64,000 bases of DNA, from the NCBI RefSeq assembly GCF_018977255.1, contig NW_024704743.1:69814001-69878000 (forward strand), written 5' to 3'. This DNA comes from Callorhinchus milii (Eukaryota). Positions 63,201-64,000 of this stretch are shown here, piece after piece. Position 1 is the first letter of the stretch; every line of letters begins with the position of its first letter. Below the pieces are notes generated by a model that was not told the DNA's origin, did not search any database, and was given only the letters and a program-made list of their open reading frames with translations. A program made the translations under genes and the position numbers.

Positions 63201-63412
63201 ACAGTGAGTTCCTTGAATTAGTTCAAGCACCTGAAGGTATTATATGACATGAACTGACACACTATGTGAATTCATACTTACAGCTGGCCTCAGCACATTT
63301 GCTTCAGCTGAGCAATAAATGATCCCTGAAGGTGTTCTGCTTCACAGGCCCAGACAGAACAAGCAGCGCAGGGAGTGTTCTTGTTGTAAATGCAAATTGC
63401 ACTCTACCCAAA

Positions 63413-63820
63413 CGCCTTGGAGTCAGAAGGTTGTGGGTGGGTTAAAGCCCCATATTTGGCTTTGAACTCACATATTATAGGCTGACACTCCCAATGCATT
63501 GCTCCAGGAGTGCTGCATTGTCGGAGATATCATCTTTCAAATGAGCCGTTAAACCGAGCCCTGACTGCCTGTTCAGGTGGATGTTAAAGATCCCATGTAT
63601 CTTCAGATAGAGAAGGGAGTTTCTCCTGGTGTTCTTGTCAGTAATCCTCCAAATAAAATTGGTCATTCATTTAATGACTGTTTGTGGGACTATATACAAA
63701 TTAATCACTGTGTTTGTCTGCAAAATACACGGTCACTACACTTTAGAGTAACTCCCTTGAAGCGCTTTGAGACATCTTCCTGGCACGAAATGCACTACAT
63801 CAAATGCAAAAACTATTATT
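63413..63820 (+). mobile_element. SacSINE1-like Deu SINE
   Basis: gagtcagaaggttgtggg, ggctgacactcc, taaagatcccatg, tail. Confidence 0.8.
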
Positions 63821-64000
63821 AACTTCGTAATAGACCAGAAATGGCTCCAATTTTGCTTCTTAAGCAAATCTCTAGTTTTTAGTTGGCATTCTATTGTAAG
63901 CCCTAGGTGTCTAAATATGTATTCACACACACATTCATGTATCTATTCTAAAATACTACATATGGTTTTCTACCCAATTTTATAATGGAAATAATGAATT

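Overview
Eukaryotic, vertebrate DNA, not prokaryotic. The repeat set points to a cartilaginous fish, probably a holocephalan such as Callorhinchus (inference from recalled repeat families): L2 LINEs with (TTG)n tails, a CR1 LINE, tRNA-derived Deu-domain SINEs with (TTA)n tails, and shark-type Penelope terminal repeats. The window is mostly intergenic or intronic and dense in transposons. Likely host-gene content is a terminal coding exon with 3' UTR at 129-~840 (+), plus weaker exon candidates at ~12.1 kb and ~63 kb. The long ORFs are almost all L2 or CR1 reverse-transcriptase remnants or their shadow frames. Most notable: a Penelope-type minimal hammerhead ribozyme with an inverted 5' duplication; a 231-bp local duplication fused to a second Penelope fragment; a near-perfect hairpin of two L2 tails; a poly(A) signal inside a perfect hairpin; four small DNA-transposon MITEs; and repeated stutter structures at SINE/L2 5' junctions. 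No CRISPR array, rRNA or true tRNA gene was found, and there is no strong evidence for a new multi-gene system. Family names come from memory and need Dfam/Repbase confirmation; boundaries of old repeats are approximate.
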